A DNA stretch of 64,000 bases, from NCBI RefSeq assembly GCF_021869535.1, contig NW_026262745.1, forward strand, positions 72,726,001 through 72,790,000, written 5' to 3'. The position numbers and the translations under genes were made by a program. The DNA is from Mytilus californianus. Taxonomy: Eukaryota. Each line of letters begins with the position of its first letter. The first letter of the stretch is position 1. The notes beneath the pieces are model-generated. The model worked only from the letters and a program-made list of their open reading frames with translations, did not search any database and was not told the origin of the DNA. This document shows, piece by piece, positions 1-22,800 of this stretch.

Positions 1-689
1 CTAATCTACATGATCTATAAAAGTTGAATAAAATTTTACAGATCTTCAGTTCTACTCTAACACTACATTTGTCAAATAAATCAATAAAACATATAATGAT
101 AAGGCAGCCTCTAGTTATTGTATAGTTCCAACAAGGACTTAAACCTAAATTACTACACATGTTTTACTCGCTTTTTTAGAACTTGAATAAAAAGAAATCC
201 ATCAAATTTGCTAAACTTATCTTCTTGGTCAAACGTTTATCAGTTTAAACATCAAAGGAAATATCAATTACCTATGTGCAAATATATCACTACTATAATT
301 CCAAAGGTAAACATTGTCTACTGTCGTCTGCAGGTAAAATTCCCACTGTGACCTGATAATGTATCGGTCACAAGACAGCAAGACAGGCCTATTGCTTTAT
401 CAGTGATTAATAGAGTCAAATGATTTGAATATATAGGTCGTTGTAAACTAAACTGTCAGACGATATCTAAGTGTGAAACGTTTGGGGATTCCGTTTTTAG
501 TTACGAAAAGTAAAACTAACTTGCATGGAATAAGTAGAGTCTTTACATTAATTGATTGATGATCTCTTATATGCCGTATCAGCTAAATAAGGTTATTGAT
601 ATAAAAAACAAGTTGTTGATATATTAAAAAAGGACTGATTGATATTTTAGTCTTAAATACATAATTTTCTTATTACTTGTTATTGCCTT

Positions 690-1195
690 ATAACTTGTTG
701 CCAGTAGCTGCGAATACTCTCAGATCTGTACTTCGTGTCTTTTTTTTGTTGTGGGGATGTATAAATACCCTGCCACGTCTGGTCTGTGTTTTTGTTACTT
801 GTTTTTCTTCTTTGTATAGATCTAATGAGTTAAGCACTTTTCAACTGATTTTAAGTTTGTTCATATGTTGTGCTATTACAACATTGTCCCAGATTAGGCC
901 ACAGACATGTTTAACCCCGCCATATTCTGTATGTACCTGACCGCAGCCAGGAACCTGTAATTCGTTGGTTGACATTTTTTCAGTTTCACATAAATTAGAC
1001 CATTGGTTTTCTCATTTTAGTTGTTTTATATTTGTCATTTCGGGACTATGCAGTATGGGTTTTGTTCATTGTTGATGGCCCTACGTTGACCTATAGTTGC
1101 TAACTTCTATCTATATTTGTTAACTTCTATGTCATTTGGTTTCTGGTGGTGTGTTGTCTCATTGGCAATTAAGCCACATCTTCCTATTTTTATAT
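690..1195 (+). repeat. Abundant dispersed repeat family (catgtttaaccccgcc / ttgtctcattggcaat), copy
   Basis: Homologous to more than 10 other copies in the window. Confidence 0.8.
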
Positions 1196-1289
1196 ATATG
1201 GCGGCAATAAAGTCCTTGAATGCCAGTGTTAAATAGTAACAAGAAGGCAAAACAAGGATGATATATAATGATTTTCATAACATGCTAAT

Positions 1290-1757
1290 TACAATTACCC
1301 GGCCACGTCCACTTGTATTTGTAGTATTTGTACTTTTATCCATCTGATGAGTTAAGCCTCTTTCAACTGATTTTTATAGTTCGTTCTTATGTTGTACTGT
1401 TACACCACTGTCCCAGGTTAGGGGGAGGGTTGGGATCCCGCTAACATGTTTAACCCCGCCACATTCTGTATGTATGTGCCTGTCCCAAGTGAGGAGCCTG
1501 TAATTCAGTGGTTGTCGTTTGTTTATGTGTTACATATTTGTTTTTTGTTCATTTTTTGTACATAAATTAGGCCGTTAGTTTTCTCGTTTGAATTGTTTTA
1601 CATTGTTATTTCGGGGCCTTTTATAGTTGACTGTGCGGTATGGACTTTGATCATTGTTGAAGGCCGTACGGTGACCTATAGTTGTTAATTTCTGTGTCAT
1701 TTGGTCTCTTGTGGAGAGTTGTCTCATTGGCAATCATACACATCTTCTTTTTTATAT
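1290..1757 (+). repeat. Same dispersed family, copy
   Basis: gggagggttgggatcccgctaacatgtttaaccccgcc...gagagttgtctcattggcaatc. Confidence 0.85.
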
Positions 1758-2929
1758 TAACATCTCTTCACAGCCGAAATGATTTAGTACTTACTTTCCA
1801 TTTATGGTATATTCCATTACGTTTTAAAACAATAACATGAATAAGGAAGGTTGTAACAATGATTTGTTTGTAAATCAATGTGTAAACAAAACGGACATAT
1901 TTTCATAAGTGCTCCATGTTGGTTTACACATGTCAATTGTATCCTCTATCGAATAAGAATATATATACTTATTAAACTTGACTTGGTTAGTAGAACCACT
2001 GTCTATTCAGGAGAAATAGGACTGTCTTACCCTTTCTGCGCACCTAATATAATTTCCTGTTTTGATGAGAAAAGGTGTTTTCATGTTGCACTGCCTATAA
2101 ATTTTGTCGCCAGGTTGCTGTCTCATTTACATATACTAACCATTTCTTTCTAATCATACTTCTGCACGTTTTTGTATGTTGTTTGACCCAATGTTATCCC
2201 TTACTATTTTTGACTCATCACTGCGTTTGACCACTGATAAAGCAGTATCGCAGTGTGGCATGGTACCTAGGATAAGTTTGTCCTGCCAGAGCACTTATTA
2301 TTATTTACTTTCGGTTTTAGACGAATTACCGTATTGTTGTATGCTTTACTTTTGTAATCGATGTTCGATTTTTTTGTTTGTTTGTTATATGCACATGTGT
2401 CATGACATTTGATATGTCTAGATTGCGTAGTATCTCCCGCGATTTCGATGATAGTCAAAAAATATCACAAGGACCTAAGAGCTTCGGTTCCGCAGCTACA
2501 AAAGATATAGAGTGATTTGTAGATGTTTTTATATGGCGTCCTTTTGTTTTTTATTTTTTTTTAAGTCTCTTCTAGCGATTGATTGATTGATTGTTGGTTG
2601 CTTAACGTCCAGTGGCAAATATTTCATGCATATTCAGGACGAGAACAAATTAACAATAAAAACAATAGGTAGGCTCTGTAATAGAGCGTCAAGGATTAGG
2701 TCGGGGAAATTTAGACTGCCACGGGAAATGAGGGTATATTTGATAGGGACAGAAATTTAGCCTTGCAACATGTCACCTACGGACCCCTCAAAGAGTTGTT
2801 GCAAAGGTCCGCCCGCCTTTTGTGGGAAAAATTTGGTTGATTTTATAGGGAATCACTGAAGCATGACTGGTCCCTTCTTAGGCAGTCAGTTATGAAAATT
2901 TCTGGATCCGCCACTTTCAATGAATGATC

Positions 2930-3185
2930 AGGACGAGAACATGTTAATGCAAAATGAATATGAACAATGCTTTGTACTTGACCGACACTCTGAGGCATAT
3001 TCCTACATGCTTGTTCTCAAGGTAAGTTAAACACATACCATACCCAGACATATGATACTAACTCCGAGCCGACCAATAGTTGTTCTTACTCCTTAATACC
3101 GCGTGTTTAGCAATGAAGCAGGCAGCACATACCAATTTTAAAGTCTTTGGTTTGACCCAGCTGAGGATTGAACGCGTTACTCCGA
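2930..3185 (-). mobile_element. tRNA-derived SINE fragment (V-domain-like core)
   Basis: B-box-like GTTCAATCC followed by GGGTCAAACCAAAGACTTTAAAATTGGTA...CTAAACACGCGGTATTAAGGAG. Confidence 0.55.
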
Positions 3186-3609
3186 TGACAAACTTTAGTC
3201 GGGAAGTTTTACACGAAGGGTGTCTCAAGTGTAGAAGGACCTGTATACGCCTGAAATCACTACCTGTTTAAGATGTTATACGTGTGGTTAATTCTCGGTG
3301 TAGCTAGTTCTTCTTTTTGAGAAATGCCACTTAAGATTTGATGGCATCATTTTTTTTATTCTTTATTGTTTAGACCATTTTTCTATATTCTCTATTCAAT
3401 TTGCCCATTATTCTCTATTCTTTATTTGTGTGCCTATTTTTCTCTATTCTTTATGTTTTGCCCATTATTTTGCACTTTTTGTCTATTATTCTCTATTCTG
3501 TAAACCCCATCCAGACCCTCTTTGGTTAATCTATTATAATGGACGTTCCAGTAAGTGACACTGATAGTGAATTAATCCCAGTACATTTATCTAAAATTGA
3601 GGTGATCTT

Positions 3610-3990
3610 AATTAAAGGTTTGTTCTTATCTTGTGTAATAACACCACTGTCTAAGGTTTGGGGAGGAGTAAGCGCTCACAAACATTTTTAACCCAACCAC
3701 TTTATGTATGTGCTTCTCATAAGTCAGGAGTCTGTGGTACATTGGTTTCGTTGGTTCATATCTGCCATATTTGTTTTTCGTAAATCATTCTGTTATTATA
3801 AATAAGGCCTTTAATTTTTGTTTGAATTGTTTCACATTTTTCATGTCGAACCTTTTATAGCCGACTATACGATATTGGTTTTGCTCATTGTTGAAGGCCA
3901 ACGGTTGCCTACAATTGCGTACTACAACTTCGTGTTAAATCTGTTTGATATATGTCTCGTGAGCAATCATACCACATCTCCTCATTTTTG
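3610..3990 (+). repeat. Same dispersed family, diverged copy
   Basis: Diverged match to the 1290-1757 copy. Confidence 0.65.
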
Positions 3991-4154
3991 TTTAAAACGT
4001 TTGACACCTGAGGCCTGTCCTCAGATTTTTTGTACTGCTTTCAGCTATCATTGTACTTTGGAACTTGATTCTCAAAGCCTACTAGTATAATGTTCTTGGT
4101 TTTGAAAATAGCACATTAAGGAAAACACTGATAATTTGATATTTATTATGTTTA

Positions 4155-15071
<10,917 letters not shown>

Positions 15072-15126
15072 GTCAAGAAATGTCCTAGAACGTGGCCACT
15101 CGATGGCAGACGAACGAAATGTGAAT

Positions 15127-15162
15127 GTAAATAAATGTACACGAGGAATAGATTTCTTATCT
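15127..15162 (-). promoter_or_regulatory. Putative amylase proximal promoter (AT-rich TATA-like stretch and GATA site)
   Basis: AGATAAG at 15162-15156 and ATTTATTTA about 60 bp upstream of the ATG. Motif match only. Confidence 0.3.
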
Positions 15163-15347
15163 GTCTGCAAGGTTCAATAACTGTACTTGATTACTTGATA
15201 TGATAGTCGTGTGTATGGTCTTAAATTGTGTAGTCTGATGATAAATTTACTGTGCAGTCACATGTTGTGCTTAAGATTATATTTGCTAGCACATACATGT
15301 ACAATGTATAAGAAAACAAAAACCGTGAGAGACTCAACTTTATTTGG

Positions 15348-17691
15348 TGATCAATCCCAATAAACCAACATCACCAACTATCATTGATCAATACCAATAA
15401 ACCAACACGACCAACTAGCATTGATCAATACCAAAAAACCAACACAACCAACTAGCTCAATGCCAATAAACCAACATAACCAACTAGCATTGATCAATTC
15501 CAATAAACCAACACCACCAACTAGCATTGATCAATACCAATAAACCAACACAACCAACTAGCATTGATCAATCCCAATAAACCAACATAACCAACTAGCA
15601 TTGATCAATTCCAATAAACCAACACCACCAACTAGCATTGATCAATTCCAATAAACCCACACAACCAACTAGCATTGATCAATACCAATAAACCAACACA
15701 ACCAACTAGCATTGATCAATCCCAATAAACCAACATAACCAACTAGCATTGATCAATTCCAATAAAATAACACAACCAACTAGGATTGATCAATGCCAAT
15801 AAACCAACATAACCAACTAGCATTGATCAATTCCAATAAACCAACACAACCAACTAGGATTGATCAATGCCAATAAACCAACACAACCAACTAGCATTGA
15901 TCAATACTAATAGACCAACACCACCAACTAGCATTGATCAATACTAATAGACCAACACAACCAACTAGCATTGATCAATACCAATAAACCAACACAACCA
16001 ACTAGCATTGATAAAAAACAATAAAGCAACACCACTAACAATCATTGATCAATGCCAATAAACCAACACCACCAACTAGCGCTGATCTATACCAATCAAC
16101 CAACACCACCAACTAGCATTGATCAATGCCAATAAACCAACACAACCAACTAGCATTGATCAATACCAATAAACCAACACAACCAACTAGCATTGATCAA
16201 TACCAATAAACCAACACCACCAACTAGCATTGATCAATACCAATAAACCAACACAATCAACTAGCATTGATCAATGATAATAAACCAACACCAGCAACTA
16301 GCATTGATCAACACCAATAAACCAACACAACCAACTTGCATTGATCAATTCCAATAAACCAACACCACCAACTTGCATTGATCCATGCCAATAAACCAAC
16401 ACAACCAACTAGCATTGATCAATACCAATAAACCCACACAACCAACTAGCATTGATCAATACCAATAAACCCACACAACCAACTAGGATTGATCAATACC
16501 AATAAACCCACACAACCAACTAGCATTGATCAATACCAATAAACCCACACAACCAACTAGCATTGATCAATACCAAAAAACCCACACAACCAACTAGCAT
16601 TGATCAATACCAATAAACCCACACAACCAACTAGGATTGATCAATACCAATAAACCCACACAACCAACTAGGATTGATCAATACCAATAAACCCACACAA
16701 CCAACTAGGATTGATCAATACCAATAAACCCACACAACCAACTAGCATTGATCAATACCAATAAACCCACACAACCACCTAGCATTGATCAATACCAATA
16801 AACCAACACCACCAAGTAGCATTGATCAATACCAATAAACCAACACAACCAACTAACATTGATCAATGATAATAAACCAACACCACCAACTAGCATTGAT
16901 CAACACCAATAAACCAACACAACCAACTTGCATTGATCAATTCCAATAAACCAACACCACCAACTTGCATTGATCCATGCCAATAAACCAACACAACCAA
17001 CTAGCATTGATCTATGCCAATAAACCAACACCACCAACTAGCATTGATCAATGCCAATAAACCAACACAACCAACTAGCATTGATCAATACCAATAAACC
17101 AACACAACCAACTAGCATTGATCAAAACCAATAAACCAACACCACCAACTAGCATTGATCAATACCAATAAACCAACACAACCAACTAACATTGATCAAT
17201 GATAATAAACCAACACCACCAACTAACATTGATCAACACCAATAAACCAACACAACCAACTAGCATTGATCAATACCAATAAACCAACACCACCAACTAG
17301 CATTGATCAATACCAATAAACCAACACAACCAACTAGCATTGATCAATGATAATAAACCAACACCACCAACTAGCATTGATCAACACCAATAAACCAACA
17401 CAACCAACTTGCATTGATCAATTCCAATAAACCAACACCACCAACTTGCATTGATCCATGCCAATAAACCAACACAACCAACTAGCATTGATCAATGATA
17501 ATAAACCAACACCACCAACTAGCATTGATCAACACCAATAAACCAACACAACCAACTTGCATTGATCAATTCCAATAAACCAACACCACCAACTTGCATT
17601 GATCCATGCCAATAAATCAACACAACCAACTAGCATTGATCCATGCCAATAAACCATTTATCAATATCAATAAACCAACACCACCAACTAG
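15348..17691. repeat. 37-bp minisatellite, about 63 units (TTGATCAATACCAATAAACCAACACAACCAACTAGCA)
   Basis: Directly visible head-to-tail array with strong C/A versus G/T strand skew. No unique spacers. Confidence 0.98.
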
Positions 17692-19811
17692 TTCCGTTAA
17701 GTTAAATTTAAATGTTATTCAATGCTGCATATATAGATGTTGGTGATAAATTTTTTAATGTCGGAATTTCTCTCCCTCCCTCCCACTCTCTCACATGTAT
17801 TTGTATTCATATATTTCTAATATTGTCCCACTCATACACCTTGCACAACAATTTTTTTCCATGGAGTATCGCCCTACACATTCACACGTGAATATGATTA
17901 AAAGCAATGTCATGGTAGGTGCTATTTCGGTCGGTTATGAAGTTTTCCTATTTATCATTATTGCATGCAACTTTATTCCACGCTATATGGACAATGCATT
18001 ATGAGGCCAATATTGTAGACCTTCAATTCGAAGGTATTAAATTTACAATGTGTGAAAATATACATTGCACACTTACTAAGCTGTCTAATATTTATTAAGT
18101 TAAGAACGTAAAAGTTTAAAAAACCAAGTAGATGTGGTATGATTGCCAATGAGACAACTCTCCACAAGAGACCAAATGACATAGAAGTTTAGTCTAGATC
18201 GTTACTTTATTTTAGCACAACTTCAAACAGACAAAATTACACAAAAAATAACATCCTATCCACGATATATATATTTATCATTTATTTAGTACTAAATACA
18301 GACATTTTGTATATTTAATAAAGGTTCTTTTCTCCAGTCTGTATCATCTATTCTGTATCGCATATCCCCATCTCATAGCTTAACCCGTATCGCATACCCC
18401 GTATCACACCCCTTTCGGAACATATTTAGACTGTTTTCAGAACTCCTCAGTTGTTATCCGCTTGAAATTTCAGAAGACGACAATGTCGGATACCACCAGA
18501 GGGACACATGTGCCCATATATTTAATTTATGCAGGCACTTTCATTACCACATCTCTTTCAAATAAAACACCGAAGAATGTAGAGTAAAATGTTTTTCTTC
18601 AATAGGTCTCCAATTTAATATCATCAGGGCGTGACGTCATATGTCGAATGCCGTCAAAATTGGATATATGACGTCCAGTTTCTGTATTTCCTGGCATGGA
18701 TATGAATGCAACCATATTTAATTAGCGACAACAAGAGGTTTAATCCGCAGTCTGCGATCAGTGGAAATGGGAGTAAAACAGAATTTTATTCAGCCATGTC
18801 TGAAATTTGTTCATATCGCACTTTATTTTTCTGAAATGTTTGTATAATTTAAAACGATTGATTGTGTTTGTATAATTTAAAACAAAGAACAAAGAACATA
18901 GACTGATGATCTCAGAGTGAGAAGAATGGGTGTTTTTCCCTCTCATTTCCTTAGTCCGCGGACTGCGGAATAACATGGACGAATTCTAGACACTTTGGCA
19001 CTGCGACAAAAACATTTCGGCACCCAAGAAAGACAGTTCAGTATCAAGACAAATCAGCACCTTGACAAATCGGAACCTCATCAAGCTACTTTTTTATATT
19101 CCACTGTACTCAAAAATATTGTTCTGTGGTAAAATATTATCATACACTGTGGTAAAATACACTATCATACACTATAGCTACAAAATCAGATTTCTGCATA
19201 CTAGCTATTACAGAAAGTTAAAGAAAAATATATTTATGTAGACACTATTATAAACCAAGTAAAGATAAGTATACTGAGAGTAATATATAGTTTAAACAAT
19301 ATTTTATTAAAATACATTGGATTTAAATCAGCAACAGGTTATGTTGATGGAAGCCCTCTCAACACAACACGGTACAATATATTATATTAAATTTGAATTA
19401 AGATAACACATACACGAATATAGTGACAACATACAATTATTCATTTCAAAACTACGTCATAGCAGACTGGAAGAATATTTAAAATAATTTACTTGAAATT
19501 ATGAATAATATACTAGGTAATAAATATCAATAAAAAAAGACAAATGTAGTTCATACGTGTAAATGTACATTAGATTCAATATCTGTACAATTGGATAAAT
19601 GCATCTGTGATACTTGAGTTCATAAATTCTTGTATACGATGCTCAGACTGCCAATCCGTTCATATCCTTTTACAGATGACCAAATGATAGTTGACAACAT
19701 CATACGTGTGTAGGTTTTATCTAACTTTTATGGTTTATGACTTTATAACGGAAAGATGATAAGTTCTTGGATGAGCTTTTTCCAGAGTTTCTTGCAATAT
19801 TTTGCCGTCTT

Positions 19812-19858
19812 TTATTCACCTCCCTTCGCAACCTCAGCTTTTCTCAATAATGCTGCAG
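19812..19858 (-). CDS. Paralog A last coding exon (AALLRKAEVAKGGE*)
   Basis: gttcttttgcag acceptor, in-frame TAA at 19814-19812. Confidence 0.65.
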
Positions 19859-22800
19859 CTGCAAAAGAACACAAGATGATTCAATATATGATACAGTGAC
19901 GGTAGAAAATGTTCATGTGTACGGAGAAACATTTTTAAAGTTAATTTTTGGGTAGAAAATTCTCTGTAAGCGAAAGAAACAAAAACAATGGTTCCATGTT
20001 TAAGTTAATTAAAGTATAAACAATCGGGTAAATTAAATTTAAAGACCTACATATGTGTGTATATACATTAAAATACCAAGGGGTTTATTATTAATTTTTC
20101 ATAAAAGGAGTTCTCTTGAAATGAAAATATAGACATTTTTATTTCTAGCTTGTCTTTTTTTATGATATATTTTAGCATTCTACTGTTTTTGGAAGAGGTG
20201 AAAATAAATGTATTTTTCATTGAGTTGCGGCGTTTTATTTTTGATGGAACAATTTATTTAGTGGTTAAATGATAAAAATTTACGACCAATTGTAAAACAC
20301 AGTACCGCAAGTCATACTTGCAACCCACTGCAAATGTGAAACCAAAAAGATAAGCACATTTGTATAGAAACGCGTCTAAAAATACCCTCATCATTCTCGT
20401 AATGAAATTGATGACTATAACCAGTATATTTATTGAATAAAGTCTGGGACCTGAAACTGTTGCTTTAAATACCTTTAATATAACTCTCCCCCTTCCCGAC
20501 ACCAACCTAATTCGAGAAAGTATACTTACGTAATGGTTGTGGTGTCAAAGCTGGAAAATTAATAATTATAGATTTAGTTTATTCATTTTTTCTCAATCAT
20601 TTAATATTTAATTTGTGAAATTAAGTTCTACTTATATATTAAAACGAAGAATTAAGTAGCCCTAGTCAACTTTCATACATTGGCAGGTTTAGCTACCTGT
20701 AAAACCATGTTCAACCCACCATTTTTTTCGGAATTATCTGTAACAAGTCAAGAATAAGATAGTTGTATTCCATGAGTTCCGCTGAATGATATAGACGAGC
20801 GTTGCAAAATGGTTTTGTTTTGTCAGTTTCCTCTTTTTATATTTACATTGCTGTTCGGTATTTGTATACATTTTTATATCTTAATGTGCATAACTAATAA
20901 ATATATGTGGGAACAATTGTATCGTTACAAAGAATGAAAACAACACGTTATAAATTTCATGCGTCCGAGGCACCTTTCTGGGTTTACCTCCATCAGGAAC
21001 GCCCAAATCCGAATATCTGAAAACCAAGGATGTATAAGAACCGAAACAGTTGAAGAGCTATATGACCAAAAAAATCCTAAAAAATTGCCAAATCCATCTA
21101 TTGTCAACTTTGTCTTCTTAAAATTTCAAAATTTATTAACAGACAATTTTAAAAATGTTTGTTATAAATCATGTCAGTACCGAAATACCGACTACTGAGC
21201 TGATCGATGACACCCTCGGGGACTGATGGTCTACCAACAGAGGTATCGACCCAGTGCTGTAAAAAATGAAAACAACACGTTACAAATTTCATGCGTCCAA
21301 AGCGCTTTTCTGGATTTACCTTTACAAGTATTATTTCATATTAATTTTCCCGGAAAGTTGAAATTCGTTTAAATACAGTTTGATATTGTTTGCATTTTTA
21401 AGTTCAGGTGTATACTACAGAACAGAGAAAAGTGTGTAAACTCATGCAGTTACAGTATGATATCATCAAAAGTTTTTTTCTACACGCTTAGTTAAAAAAA
21501 CATATTCAATTCGCATCCCCCCTTTTTAACCCGCATATTAAGAGCGAATTGAATATCAATTAATATTTGATCAAGATTAATCTGTGTCAAAATGATTTTT
21601 TTCTTCAGAAAAAATGTTCTTATCGATCGCTAAATCGCCGTAAATATTCATAATATTTGAAAGAGGTTACGGTTAAACATTCGCATTTACCTATTCTATA
21701 TATTAAGGAGACGTGGTATGATTGTCAGTGAGACAACTATCCAAAGAGTCCGAATGACATTGATTTAAGCAATTATAGGTCAATGTACGGCCTTCAACCA
21801 TGGGAAAATCCAACACCGTTTAACAAGGTATGAAAGGTCACATGACCAAATGTGAAACAACTAACGGCCGCATTTAAGACAACATAATAAACGAAAAACA
21901 ATAATTATATAAGACTACAACCATCAACAATCAATGAACAATGATGAATAACATGCTCCTGAATTGGGACAGACACATACAGAATGTGACGGGGATAAAG
22001 GTGTGTGTGCGCGCAATCGTTTTCTGCAAAAACAACACTTCATGTTTTACAAAAAAAAAGCTTAGCACATCTCCTCCTTTATAGTTTATACGTTTACAAT
22101 ACATGCACACACGCACATTTCGTGTACAATACATGCACACACGAACATTTCGTTACACTCTTGCAATGTTTCTATAAGAAGTGAAGAGCACTTTTAAAAA
22201 CAAACTCATCATTTGTTAAATATTCACATGTTTACACCTAAAACGAATTCTTTCAGAGGCTCGTTGCAGTTAAATATAAAAGCAAAACAGGTCAACTACA
22301 TAATAGCAGAATAGTCGTCTTATCTCTCACTTTAACGACTGTGTCCAATATCCGATTGTTACATTTTGACTGAGTGTGAATCGGCCATAAGGAGAGAAAG
22401 AGGAGTTGCACATATAACAGGAGGACACCCCCTTTACACTCCTTTTCCCCAAGTTTTTTTTTGTCACCTAGATTTGTCTTCCTAAGGATGTTCGCTACTC
22501 TTAATTTTGACATTATGTCAGATATTCGGAATCCTCTAGTTTTATCCATGTGGTGCCAATAAAAATTTTGCCCGCTAACCCCAAATTTTCTTTTCCTCAT
22601 TTTATTACATATAGTTTAAAAAGCCATTTTTGAAATCACAAAAAATCTTTGTAAATTTTTCATAGTTTTTGAAAGAAAAAAGATGCCAATGTTAAATGTA
22701 TGAAAAGTCTAGAGAGAATCATTTCCCGCCAAATTTTCAATTGCTTATATCTCAAAAACAAGAACACAAACCTTTCATTTTTTCTGCTTTCTAAGTTCCA

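Noticed and set aside
1340-1380. CTGATGAG in the abundant repeat as a hammerhead
   Set aside because: No stem II/GAAA/UH arrangement follows.
2161-2520. Short hydrophobic or Cys-rich ORFs
   Set aside because: Stops in all frames across the region, with no consistent splice sites or motifs.
15348-17691. CRISPR-like array (37-bp period)
   Set aside because: Units are head-to-tail with no unique spacers, no cas genes, and the context is eukaryotic with introns.
18493-18505. CTCF-like motif CCACCAGAGGGAC between the VNTR and paralog A
   Set aside because: A single imperfect match is expected by chance or in transposon relics, with no supporting evidence.
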